Positions 42,281 to 51,523 are shown, counted from the whole stretch's first letter. The stretch is 63,973 nucleotides of DNA, filler included, from a bacterium (GCA_026985515.1; 9 parts of 9 records of this genome joined end to end with filler, not necessarily neighbours in it), one strand, 5' to 3'. Numbers and translations are program-made. Notes: a model not told the origin generated them from the letters alone.

Positions 42281-42318
42281 TGTTTCACCTCCTTTCTATT
42301 TTATTTTCAACTTTTTCA

Positions 42319-42334
42319 TGCACATCCTGTACCA
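42319..42334 (-). promoter_or_regulatory. Sigma54 (-24/-12) promoter of pilA
   Basis: TGGTACAGGATGTGCA = GG-N10-GC. Confidence 0.75.
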
Positions 42335-42364
42335 TTTTGAATACCATGCTGCCTGTATAAAATG

Positions 42365-42410
42365 TGACAAAAATTGTCAGTGAAAGTGCCTGATGTGTCG
42401 AAAATTGTCA
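42365..42410. promoter_or_regulatory. Tandem palindromes, candidate enhancer-binding-protein (PilR-like) sites
   Basis: TGACA-N5-TGTCA (42365-42379) and TGTCG-N5-TGTCA (42396-42410), 31 bp apart, upstream of the sigma54 site. Confidence 0.6.
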
Positions 42411-42726
42411 TTTCTCCCTTATTCTGCCTACTGTTGAATCAAAAATATATGTTGTGTTTCCCCTCAGGTGGTATGAACTTGCGCTCCAGGCATCTCCCGT
42501 GGTGTTTACTGAAGCCTGAATGGTAACCTGAGAGGAGCAGATGAAACTCATATTTGTTCCCTGAGAAACATTTCCATCCTGACAGAAGTAGCTGTGGTAG
42601 GTCTGATATCCGGCGTAGTAAGCCTCTTCAACATTGACTAAATTTCTCAGGTTGTCAAGGGCAACAGAGTTGTAGGAATAGACCTTATACCTCTGGTAAG
42701 CAGGAATAACAATTGCTGATAAAATA
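42408..42726 (-). pseudogene. Second type IV pilin paralog lacking its N-terminus; not in ORF track
   Basis: ILSAIVIPAYQRYKVYSYNSVALDNLRNLVNVEEAYYAG...YHLRGNTTYIFDSTVGRIREK*; gapless alignment to PilA; no start codon, in-frame TAA upstream. Confidence 0.85.
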
Positions 42727-42848
42727 GGTAGTGTAAACGTTTATTCGCAAAAAAGTTGAGGTAGGATTTTTTAATGAATAAAACTTGGTAGGACGATGAA
42801 GGGAGTTTTAAATCTCAGAGGGACTCAAATTAATAAAAATTGGAGGCC
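42727..42848 (+). mobile_element. Probable end of an insertion sequence (IS256-like terminus) interrupting the pilin paralog
   Basis: Pilin homology stops mid-codon at GGTAGTGTAAAC..., resembling IS256-family ends; contig breaks 120 nt later. Confidence 0.5.
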
Positions 42849-42948
42849 NNNNNNNNNNNNNNNNNNNNNNNNNNNNNNNNNNNNNNNNNNNNTTAATTAA
42901 TTAANNNNNNNNNNNNNNNNNNNNNNNNNNNNNNNNNNNNNNNNNNNN
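42849..42948. other. Artificial contig linker
   Basis: N-TTAATTAATTAA-N. Confidence 0.98.
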
Positions 42949-43125
42949 GGTAAGGAGAGGGTGAGGAAGTTGAGGGTGGAGGCGGAGGAGCAGATAAGGA
43001 GGTATGCTGAGAGGCTTGAGAGGAAGTTGCCCTCCTATGTGAAGGATAAGGGTTTGCCAGAACTTAAAAAGATTGTGATAATCACCTCCTCCAAGCGGGT
43101 GGAATGGATGGGGGAGGTGGAGTAG
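42949..43125 (+). CDS. C-terminal fragment, resembles PD-(D/E)XK nuclease tail of AAA-ATPase-like proteins; not in ORF track
   Basis: GKERVRKLRVEAEEQIRRYAE...LKKIVIITSSKRVEWMGEVE*; A.EQI..Y motif. Confidence 0.5.
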   Translation, partial: GKERVRKLRVEAEEQIRRYAERLERKLPSYVKDKGLPELKKIVIITSSKRVEWMGEVE

Positions 43126-43152
43126 CGGGTCCTCAATAGAAGCCTTTGAAAT

Positions 43153-43194
43153 AATCCAAAATCTCAATTAGGAGATTTTGGGTTTTATTCTTTT
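43153..43194 (+). terminator. Hairpin, probable terminator
   Basis: AATCCAAAATCTC-aattag-GAGATTTTGGGTT then T-rich tract, between convergent genes. Confidence 0.5.
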
Positions 43195-43324
43195 AAAAGA
43201 TATATCCTAATATCATGCCGTCACCCAAAAGATGACAGCAGGTGAGATGCTGATTTTAGGTAAAAAAGACATATGCTGGATTAACCAGATTTCTCTTTTT
43301 AGGATTTCGGAGTGTGATCGGGGA

Positions 43325-44017
43325 TCATTCTCCGTAGAATACTTCGTACGCCTTTTTCCACAGTTTCACTTTATCTTCGCCGTAAACCTTTCTCCATGAC
43401 TCAAGGAGTTCTTCCAGCGGCAGGTCACTGTATTCTCCATGGATTTTGAGATAGGTGATGAATTTTCTCCCCTTTTTGTCCTTTTCCGGGAAAATGGCGC
43501 CATTCTTTCCATCAAACTCCACAGTGGGGTAATCTGCTTTTCTGCATGTTTCTCTATCAAAGGCAGGTGTGACTTTTACCCATCTTCCATTAAGGTGGAG
43601 AGCCACATAGCCGTGGTAGGTGAAAACATCTGTTCCCATAAATTCCCTCGCCTTTTCCGGCGCCCTGTGGTTTTTTATATCTGCAAAGATCAGTACTGAA
43701 GGGATTCCTTCAACTCTGTACGCTGTGGCCAGTAAAATTGCCTTTTGAACACAGTATCCTTCCCCTCTTTTGAGAATTGAGGAGGCTGCATAATCCTTCC
43801 TGTACATGAATGGTGCATACATGGTGTATCTGATGCCATCTCTGACTGCATAGAAGAGTTTTACAGCTTTTTCCATCTGATTCTCTGTACCTTCAGTGAC
43901 TCTTTTTACCCACTTTCTTACATCGGGATTTTCTCCGTCAAGAACATCGGAAAAGGCGAGAAAAACGGAAGGATCTATTTCCCCGAGTCGTTCAACTGGA
44001 ATTTTATAAACCTGCAT
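43325..44017 (-). CDS. Transglutaminase-like domain protein
   Basis: LFYAVRDGIRY, GYCVQKAILL, YHGYV..WVKVTPAF. Confidence 0.88.
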   Translation of the reverse strand: MQVYKIPVERLGEIDPSVFLAFSDVLDGENPDVRKWVKRVTEGTENQMEKAVKLFYAVRDGIRYTMYAPFMYRKDYAASSILKRGEGYCVQKAILLATAYRVEGIPSVLIFADIKNHRAPEKAREFMGTDVFTYHGYVALHLNGRWVKVTPAFDRETCRKADYPTVEFDGKNGAIFPEKDKKGRKFITYLKIHGEYSDLPLEELLESWRKVYGEDKVKLWKKAYEVFYGE

Positions 44018-44091
44018 AAGATTATTTTATCACTCATTCATTTTAATTCAATTCCCTTGATAAAAAATCAAGAATTTCTAAAATCTTCACT

Positions 44092-44778
44092 ATGGTTTCC
44101 CTTTTCAATTTGCTTTTTCCGCAGACATGCTTTATTTGTGGAGAGCTAAGTGATGATCTCCTCTGTGACAGGTGCAGGGGGGAGGTCAGGATTATTTTCC
44201 CGGGCCCCGAATATATTGGAGAGTGCAGGGATTGTGACAGGGTTTATTCAGTTTTTGAATATGGAGAATTGCTGAAGATGTTGCTTACCCGAATTAAATT
44301 TCAGAGGGACATTGTGGCTGCGTATAATCTCGGAAGACTGGTGGGAAGGGAGATAAGGGGTAAGATTGATTTCAGTTTATATCATTATTTAGTTCCGGTT
44401 CCCTCTTCAAGGGGAAGGTTGAGAAAAAGGTTGTTTCATCAGACTTTTGAGATGATAAGGGGGGTGAGGAGAGAGGTGGTATTGCCTTCAATCCTCAGGA
44501 TTGCAAAAGTAAGGGATGTGAGGTCTCAGGTTGGTCTGGGGCTGGAGGAGAGAAGGGAAAATGTGAGGGGTGCCTTTGATCTGCCTGAGAAATTTCCTGA
44601 TCTGGAGGGGAAGAGGGTGCTCATATTTGATGATCTTTTTACAACTGGTTCAACTGTGGGAGAGGTGGCTTCTCTGCTGAAAAAGAAGGGAAGGGTGGAA
44701 AAGGTGGATGTTCTCACATGCTGCAGGGGGGCCTTTTCACAGGAAGGTGAGGATTCCAGCTGTAATAAATGCGTATAG
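44092..44778 (+). CDS. comF: ComF family protein (Zn ribbon + phosphoribosyltransferase)
   Basis: CFICG..LCDRC, VPVP, SQVGL..ERRENVRGAF, LIFDDLFTTGST. Confidence 0.85.
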   Translation: MVSLFNLLFPQTCFICGELSDDLLCDRCRGEVRIIFPGPEYIGECRDCDRVYSVFEYGELLKMLLTRIKFQRDIVAAYNLGRLVGREIRGKIDFSLYHYLVPVPSSRGRLRKRLFHQTFEMIRGVRREVVLPSILRIAKVRDVRSQVGLGLEERRENVRGAFDLPEKFPDLEGKRVLIFDDLFTTGSTVGEVASLLKKKGRVEKVDVLTCCRGAFSQEGEDSSCNKCV

Positions 44779-45435
44779 AATCCGTGCTGTTTCAAAGTCG
44801 GGGAGTTTGCTCTCTTCTATAATCTCTTCGAGGGTTTTCTCACCATCTATCATTCTCAAAACATAGCTCTCCTCTCTGCTCAATTTTATCCCTTCAATTT
44901 CCGAAGGATCTATTGAGGTATCAAAAACAGGGATCCTCCCGTAAGGGATAAGTATTTTTCTCATTCTACTCCAGTCAGTTTCTCTTATTAAGCCTCTTAC
45001 CAGAAGTTCATAAAGATTCATTTCAAGTTCCTTTTCACTGCAGGTTGTGTAACTGAATCTGTATTTTCCAGAGTGCCAACCCATTGCCACATATATAATT
45101 TCCCGGACCTGTTTTCTCATGGCCTGTTTTATGGTCTTTTCTGGAATTGAAACTTCTCTCCCTATTTCTTCAAAGGAATAGAGGTTCTTTTCCTTAATTT
45201 CTTCGTAGGTTCTGAGGGAGATAAATCCCCATTCAAAAAGAAATTCCGGTGGCTGGAGATATTTAATGTTTGTTTTTGAGTATGTAACTTTTCCTTCTTT
45301 AATGCAGAGGTCAATTTGGTTTTTATCTTTCTCCAGGTACAGGGTTCCACTTAATTTTCTTGTGGCGAGAGAGTGAAGAATAACTGGAAGAGAGTCTTCG
45401 TCCAGATTTCCTTTTATATCCCTTTTGACGCTCAT
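44737..45435 (-). CDS. DUF4388 domain protein
   Basis: KGNLDEDSLPVIL..SGTL, W.SGKYRF, LSREESYVLRMIDGEKTLEEI. Confidence 0.8.
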   Translation of the reverse strand: MSVKRDIKGNLDEDSLPVILHSLATRKLSGTLYLEKDKNQIDLCIKEGKVTYSKTNIKYLQPPEFLFEWGFISLRTYEEIKEKNLYSFEEIGREVSIPEKTIKQAMRKQVREIIYVAMGWHSGKYRFSYTTCSEKELEMNLYELLVRGLIRETDWSRMRKILIPYGRIPVFDTSIDPSEIEGIKLSREESYVLRMIDGEKTLEEIIEESKLPDFETARILYAFITAGILTFL

Positions 45436-46268
45436 TAGAGATATTCCATGGTCAGTTCAGCCTGATCAATATCTTTCCCCATGTAACCCATATATCTTCT
45501 GTCACTTTTTCCTACAATTTCCCCTTCAGGCAGTATGGCGGATCTTTCAACATAGTATCTTGTAATGACAGGGGTCTTGCCCACTCCAAGTTCTTTGATG
45601 GTTCTGGAAACGGGGTGATCTCCAAGGTCAAGTCTCCCCGCTCCGGGCCTGATACAGGTCATGTAGATTCCCCTTACAGGGATCTCGGTCCTTATTATGT
45701 AACCATCCTTTTCCGTGTAGGTGACGAGGGGGCGATTATCTCTGAGAATGATCCCTTTTTTATCAATTTTCAGTCCCAGAATGTAGTTTCCATCTTCTTC
45801 CATGTCAACTGAGATATATTCAGGGGTGTTTTTAAATCTCATATCTGCAACGAATTTCGGGTAATTCCAGACACCTCTTCCGGCGTCTCTGGCAATTATT
45901 GAAGTTACCGGGAGGTGCATCACGAAGATCCCGAAGCCCGGGTAGTACTTTTCCATCAGGGCAGGTATGAAGGGGATGGATGGGGTTTTCCAGACCACAG
46001 GGATTCCCACAGGAATTTCTCCATAGGGTCCAATGGAAGTATTGATATAGTAGAAGGCTCCAATAACCACTATGGCTTTTCCAGGTCCAAAGATGACCGG
46101 GTGAAGGTCCTTTGATGGGAGTACTTCCTTTACTTTTTTAAGATCTGCGGTAAAAAAGCCAAGGAAGAGATCATCCCTGTAGTAAAAAATGGGAAGATCA
46201 AATTCCGCCTTCCCATGTTTCTCGTGACTTCTCTTGCCCTTCCAGTCAAAGAAATTTGTTGATTTCAT
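45435..46268 (-). CDS. Acetoacetate decarboxylase-like family protein
   Basis: DLPIFY, YINTSIGPYGE, LPVTS..ARDAGRGVWNYPK; ATG 46268 after GGAGG. Confidence 0.8.
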   Translation of the reverse strand: MKSTNFFDWKGKRSHEKHGKAEFDLPIFYYRDDLFLGFFTADLKKVKEVLPSKDLHPVIFGPGKAIVVIGAFYYINTSIGPYGEIPVGIPVVWKTPSIPFIPALMEKYYPGFGIFVMHLPVTSIIARDAGRGVWNYPKFVADMRFKNTPEYISVDMEEDGNYILGLKIDKKGIILRDNRPLVTYTEKDGYIIRTEIPVRGIYMTCIRPGAGRLDLGDHPVSRTIKELGVGKTPVITRYYVERSAILPEGEIVGKSDRRYMGYMGKDIDQAELTMEYL

Positions 46269-46405
46269 TTTAACCCTCCATTTTCTGTACAAACATTATA
46301 CCACAGGTTAGGGGTAAGGGGTAGGGAGTGAAGGGAAAGAAATTTTTATTAATTTTTTTCTATTTATTGTATTATTGACAAGAAAATTGTCGGAGAGGCT
46401 TTCGT

Positions 46406-46525
46406 ATGATAAAGAGGGCTTATCTATCGTATCTGTCAATAGTCCTGATTTTCATTTCCTCCTGTGGAAGTAACAGCATTGCCAAGGAGCCTTCCATTCA
46501 TATAGAATTTAAATTAAGCAGATAG
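46406..46525 (+). CDS. Putative 39-aa lipoprotein; not in ORF track
   Basis: MIKRAYLSYLSIVLIFISSCGSNSIAKEPSIHIEFKLSR; lipobox ISSC; GGAGAGG upstream. Confidence 0.45.
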   Translation: MIKRAYLSYLSIVLIFISSCGSNSIAKEPSIHIEFKLSR

Positions 46526-46575
46526 ATGGAGGAGATTATGAGGAGGTTTATTATTTTTGTTTTTCTTTTTGTTTT

Positions 46576-46675
46576 NNNNNNNNNNNNNNNNNNNNNNNNN
46601 NNNNNNNNNNNNNNNNNNNTTAATTAATTAANNNNNNNNNNNNNNNNNNNNNNNNNNNNNNNNNNNNNNNNNNNN
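46576..46675. other. Artificial contig linker
   Basis: N-TTAATTAATTAA-N. Confidence 0.98.
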
Positions 46676-47256
46676 ACGACGGATGGGATACACCTTATTA
46701 TTCTAAAGGCCTTTTTTTGAGATGGAAGGATAATTTCACCTGTGCAAACATTTCAATTGAGTATGATAAACTTTTTTTCCTCTCTGATGAAAATTTGATT
46801 TACAACAGGTTTTCATTGCAAAATGGACCTTTTATACTGAAGGGCAGTTTCACCTTATACGGAAAAAAGGTATCAGATGTTGCTGGAAAGGTAGTGTTGA
46901 AAAGTCCGGCAGGCTCATTAGAAAGTGGTGTTCTTTTAAGAGCCGGTAATGATGAGATTAGAAAAGGTGTGGAAAGCTTCATTTTCAATAATTCCGGTTT
47001 CGAAAACAGCAATTTTTCCGGTACTGATCAAATATTTGTTAGTTTTACCCGAACCTTTGGAAGGTTCGTTGCCGGAGTAAGTGGCAGGTGGATGCTGGAT
47101 AATAACGAAATTTTTCAGGATGGTTTTTTTATATCTTACCACGACAGATGCGGATGTTTCAGCGCAAAATTTTCTTTTCAAAACTGGCCATATAAGCACA
47201 GATCCACATGGTCTTTTGAATTCTCTTTTGGCAAATTTGGTTCAATTACATTTTGA
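46676..47256 (+). CDS. C-terminal part of an outer-membrane beta-barrel, possibly LptD-like
   Basis: Open from the contig edge; amphipathic strands, SYHDRCGCF motif, terminal Phe. Confidence 0.5.
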
Positions 47257-47287
47257 TTTTTGCCGGCTTTTGTTCTAATATTTTAGT

Positions 47288-48940
47288 GTGGGAGATGAAA
47301 AAATCGTAATTTATCCGGAGGAAAATATTGACATTTTTTCCCTTCAGTTATCACCTGAAGAAGGGTTTGTTTTATCAAGGATAACAGGAAAAACCAATCT
47401 TAAAGAATTATCTCTCCTGACAGGGATCAGGGGTGAAAAGTTGAAGGACCTTGTTTTGTCTCTTGCTGAAAAAGGGGTGATAAAAGTTGAGGGTATCGAG
47501 AAAATCTCTGCAGAAAAGAGAGGGAACGATAGTGAAATCACTGAGATAGAGAGGATACTTCCTTCTTCCGGAAAGAAACTGGTATTTGAAGAGGATATTA
47601 TTAATGTTTTTGTAAAAATTAGAAGGGAAAGGCTTAATGGTTTTCTCAGGGTCAGAAAGGGGAATAACTGGAAGATGGTTTTTTTTATGAAGGGAAACCC
47701 TGTTTATGCTGTTTCCAACATACCGGGGGAATTACTGGGGAATCTTCTTGTCGCAGCCAGGGCTATTAGCAGGGAAGAACTGGAAAGGTTTCTTAAGGAG
47801 AGCGAAGCAAAAAAGTTAAGGTTGGGAGAGTTGCTTGTGGAGAAGGGGGTTTTATCCAGGACGCTCCTGCAGAAGATTCTGAGAAAACAGGTGGAACTGA
47901 AAGTGATAGATCTTCTTCTGTGGAACGAGTGTGAAAAAGAGTTTACAGTTCAGAAGAATTTTGATCTGCCATTTATATATGAATTGAGTACGGGGGATCT
48001 GCTTGTAAAAGCACTGAGGAAAAAGTTAACCAATGAGGAGATAACCAGGTTCATTGAAGAAAGGTTAAATTTTTACATTTACCCTGCTCCAGATCCGGTT
48101 TTTTCATGGGGTGAGTTTGAACTTGATCAAAAGGAACGAATTCTGGTTGATATTATCAAGGAAAAGCCCAGACTGGTTAGAGAAGTGGTTTCTCTGAGTC
48201 CCCTTATGGTTCTGGGCACATACAGGATTCTGACCATTTTCATCAGGCTTGGAATGGTTGTTTTGCAGGAGAAGAGACTTGAAGAAGAAAATGTGGACAT
48301 AATTGTTGAAAAGTTGAAGGAGAAACTGGAAAAACTTTACAGGGACAATTATTTTGAGCGTCTTGTGTTGCACGAGTCAGCTGTTGGTGAGGAGGTGAAG
48401 GAAGCCTACAGAAGAGAGAAAGAAAATTATTCCAGCTCAAAATTTCCCGATGATGAAAGAATAAAAGAGTTGCTTGCAAAGATTAACGCATTACTGGACG
48501 AGGCTTACGAAAATTTAAAGGATCAGCAGAAAAGAATTGAGTACAGGAAGTCTCTTTTCTCCCAGAACAAACTTGCTTTTGAAGCATCAATTCAGTATGA
48601 AAAAGGTGAACTTGAACTGCTGAGAGAGGAATTTAGGGATGCCTATTATCTTTTTAAATCTGCCAGGGAGTTAAATCCAGATGTCCCTGAATACCTCTCT
48701 GGAGCCGCTTTAACAGGTTACCTGTACTACAGGGGTCTTGATGATGAAAAAGCATCCAGGTATCTGAAAGATTTTATGGAGATTGTTAAAAAGTTTCCCC
48801 ATAGAGAAAAGGTCCTTTATCATGGGTATATTTTTGAGAAGTTCAGAGGGAATAAAGAAGGTGCACGCCGCTATATCCAGAGAATTCTGGAGATAAATCC
48901 TGAAAACAGGGATGCACTTAAGGCTTTGAAAGAACTATGA
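47288..48940 (+). CDS. DUF4388 + degenerate J-domain + TPR protein
   Basis: LSPEEGFVLSRITG, RLGELLVEKG, NYFERL...VKEAYR...YSSSKF...INALLDEAYENLKDQQKRIEY (no HPD), TPRs. Confidence 0.75.
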   Translation: MGDEKIVIYPEENIDIFSLQLSPEEGFVLSRITGKTNLKELSLLTGIRGEKLKDLVLSLAEKGVIKVEGIEKISAEKRGNDSEITEIERILPSSGKKLVFEEDIINVFVKIRRERLNGFLRVRKGNNWKMVFFMKGNPVYAVSNIPGELLGNLLVAARAISREELERFLKESEAKKLRLGELLVEKGVLSRTLLQKILRKQVELKVIDLLLWNECEKEFTVQKNFDLPFIYELSTGDLLVKALRKKLTNEEITRFIEERLNFYIYPAPDPVFSWGEFELDQKERILVDIIKEKPRLVREVVSLSPLMVLGTYRILTIFIRLGMVVLQEKRLEEENVDIIVEKLKEKLEKLYRDNYFERLVLHESAVGEEVKEAYRREKENYSSSKFPDDERIKELLAKINALLDEAYENLKDQQKRIEYRKSLFSQNKLAFEASIQYEKGELELLREEFRDAYYLFKSARELNPDVPEYLSGAALTGYLYYRGLDDEKASRYLKDFMEIVKKFPHREKVLYHGYIFEKFRGNKEGARRYIQRILEINPENRDALKALKEL

Positions 48941-49393
48941 TTTTTTCTGTGGATATATTCTCTTGATTGTCTTGCTGTAACCCCATTCTCCATTTTTATA
49001 GATCCACAGCTGTTTCTCAATGAAAGCAGGTTTTAAGATTACAGGAGATGTGGGAGAGGGTTTGAATTCTTTCATGAAATGCACAGTTACAATAGCCTTT
49101 TTATGCAGTAAATCATATCTGATATCTCTTACAAAAGCACTTACAAACTTCTTTTCTCTTCTCTCTTTCAGTAGAGTAGGCATGTAGTCGCTGTAAGCCA
49201 GATTGGAAGTTCTCCATTTGGGCTCCAGAGTGTACATTGCCATTTTATTGTTATTTGTGAGGGCGTCGAAATATTTGCTCAATTTTACATCCAGTGAATG
49301 TTTCATTTTTCTCAGGTCAAGTTTTCCTGAGTTGCAACCCATCAGGATAAGAATGGCTAAGATAAGCAGAGAGACGATTTTTCTCACACTCAA
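48935..49393 (-). CDS. Hypothetical lipoprotein
   Basis: Lipobox LMGC. Confidence 0.7.
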   Translation of the reverse strand: MSVRKIVSLLILAILILMGCNSGKLDLRKMKHSLDVKLSKYFDALTNNNKMAMYTLEPKWRTSNLAYSDYMPTLLKERREKKFVSAFVRDIRYDLLHKKAIVTVHFMKEFKPSPTSPVILKPAFIEKQLWIYKNGEWGYSKTIKRIYPQKKS

Positions 49394-49482
49394 CCCCCTT
49401 TACTTTGTTATTTTTGACAATATTATCCCCACTTTGTTTTTGAAAGTCAAACCTTTTGACAACTATCAGAATGTAAGATAAA

Positions 49483-50282
49483 ATGAAGAGAAAAGGAGGG
49501 GTTAATATAAGGAAGTTTTTTTTCCTTTCTTTTGTGGTCCTGTTCCTCGCCAGTTGCAGTTTCTTCAGGTCGTTGTTGCCAAAAAGTTACAGAGCCTCTC
49601 TGCTTTTGAAGGAGGGTGTTGAATTTTCCATGAAGGGGAGATGGGACGTGGCTCTGGAAAAGTTTCTGCAGGCTGAGAAAATTTTTCCTGATGCTCGTGT
49701 TTATAACGATATTGGAATCGCCTACTTGCATGTAGGGGATATGGAGAAAGCCTTCTATTACCTTCAAAAGGCCTCTGACAAAGCCCCTGATAATCTTTAC
49801 TATTTGCTTAATCTTGCAGTTGCTTACGACATGGCTAAAAGATATGGGCTTGCTCTTGAGTTATACGATAAGATCCTAAAAATAAAGCCTGACTGGGAAG
49901 TGGCTCTTTTAAATAAGGCTTACACTCTTTCAAACATAAAAAAAATCAATGAAGCCATATCCATATACAAAGAAATTCTATCCCGCGACCCTGATAATGT
50001 GTATGCCCTTTCGAGTCTTGGAGGGTTAAAGGCCAGACTTGGAAAGTTTGACGAAGCCCTTGATATTTTCCGGAAAATTGTAGCAAAAGGGAATTACCCT
50101 GAAGTTTACCTGGCAATGGGTGCCATTTATGATTTGAAGCATCAACCGGATAAAGCTGGTCTCTATTACTCAGAAGCCATTCGTGAAGCACCAGATTTTT
50201 CACTCGCCTATTTTCTATATGGTGATCTGAAGATAAGAGAGGGAGACATTAAAGAAGGGGTAAGATATCTTCAAAAATCCCT
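49483..50282 (+). CDS. TPR lipoprotein (Tgl/PilF-like architecture), 3' truncated
   Basis: Lipobox LASC, multiple TPRs. Confidence 0.8.
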
Positions 50283-50382
50283 NNNNNNNNNNNNNNNNNN
50301 NNNNNNNNNNNNNNNNNNNNNNNNNNTTAATTAATTAANNNNNNNNNNNNNNNNNNNNNNNNNNNNNNNNNNNNNNNNNNNN
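50283..50382. other. Artificial contig linker
   Basis: N-TTAATTAATTAA-N. Confidence 0.98.
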
Positions 50383-50660
50383 TTGCCACCCTTGTTGAGG
50401 CGGCAAAGAGGTTAACTTATCATGGCCTGTGTCTCTATTACGAGGGTAAGAATGCCATAAAGGAACTCACTATGGCCAAGTATTTTGCCACAGAACTCAG
50501 CAACAAGGTTACAGATTACGTTCTTCAGGTTCATGGTGGTTATGGATACACAATGGATTTTCCAATTCAGAGGTACTGGAGAGATTCGAGAATAGGAACT
50601 ATTGGTGGCGGGACTTCGGAGATCATGCTTGAAATAATTTCAAAATTCCTGGACCTCTAA
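50383..50660 (+). CDS. Acyl-CoA dehydrogenase, C-terminal fragment
   Basis: MAKYFATE, LQVHGGYGY, RDSRIGTIGGGTSEIM. Confidence 0.9.
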
Positions 50661-51523
50661 TGACAATTACGACAGACTGGCCTTCCGCTTATTTTAAGAT
50701 AAGGGAGCATCTGGCAGGAGGAGGGGAACTATTTTTTGAAATTGGTACGGGAAACGGTGAATTTTTTCTCTGGGTGGCTTTAACAGGGAATTATCTATGT
50801 GTGGGGTCAGACATAAAAAAGAAGAGAGTTAGCAAGCTTATTGGAAAAATTAAAAATGCGGGTGGTGAGGGAGTGGTTCTGCTCGGAGATGGGAAGAGGG
50901 TTTTGAGGGATGTTTTCCCCCATGCGTCAATCAGCAAAATAGTTATCAATTATCCTGATCCCTGGCCCAGAAAAGGTCAGTACTGGCGGAGAATAAGTTA
51001 CAGTTACTTTATTAGATTGATAAGTGACAGGTTAAAAACAGGAGGAGTTGTTCATCTTTCCACAGATTATTATCCCATCTTTTATGAATTTTCAGATTCT
51101 CTTAGAAAAATGGGAATTTTCAGACCACTTCCAGCAAAACCTCAGGCAAATCTCTTCCGGGGAGTATTCACCAGATACGAGACACAGTGGGTTGAAGAGG
51201 GGAGGAATCTTTTTCAATGGAGTTTTCTGAAAAAAGAAGATTACATAGATGATGGGCTTGTGTGGGAATATGCTGAATTCAGACCGGTGAAATCTAAACC
51301 ATTATCTGATGGTTATTTCAGAGAGGTTGATGGCTGGATTGTAAAAGTTGTGTATGACAGGGGTGATGAGGTGAGATTGCTGATTGTTGAAAAAGAAAGT
51401 AAAATATCTTACAATCTTGCATTCAGAAGAGAGAAAAATGTGCTTTTTCTTGTCAGCTCCAAGGAAGTGGTTTGTTCAGAAAAATTGCAGAAAATAATCG
51501 AAGAATTTTTTAACCATGTCTAA
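50660..51523 (+). CDS. trmB: tRNA (guanine-N7)-methyltransferase
   Basis: EIGTGNGEF, NYPDPWPRK, STDY, TRYE. Confidence 0.82.
   Translation: MTITTDWPSAYFKIREHLAGGGELFFEIGTGNGEFFLWVALTGNYLCVGSDIKKKRVSKLIGKIKNAGGEGVVLLGDGKRVLRDVFPHASISKIVINYPDPWPRKGQYWRRISYSYFIRLISDRLKTGGVVHLSTDYYPIFYEFSDSLRKMGIFRPLPAKPQANLFRGVFTRYETQWVEEGRNLFQWSFLKKEDYIDDGLVWEYAEFRPVKSKPLSDGYFREVDGWIVKVVYDRGDEVRLLIVEKESKISYNLAFRREKNVLFLVSSKEVVCSEKLQKIIEEFFNHV

Noticed and set aside
42729-42737. In-frame F-T-L just upstream of the truncated pilin, suggesting an internal deletion of the pilin helix
   Set aside because: Preceded by an in-frame TAA with no start or Gly(-1); better explained as coincidence with an IS-end sequence, though not excluded.
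44057-44071. TTGAT-N5-ATCAA palindrome as an FNR site
   Set aside because: Spacer is 5 rather than 4 and it coincides with a likely -35 box; insufficient support.
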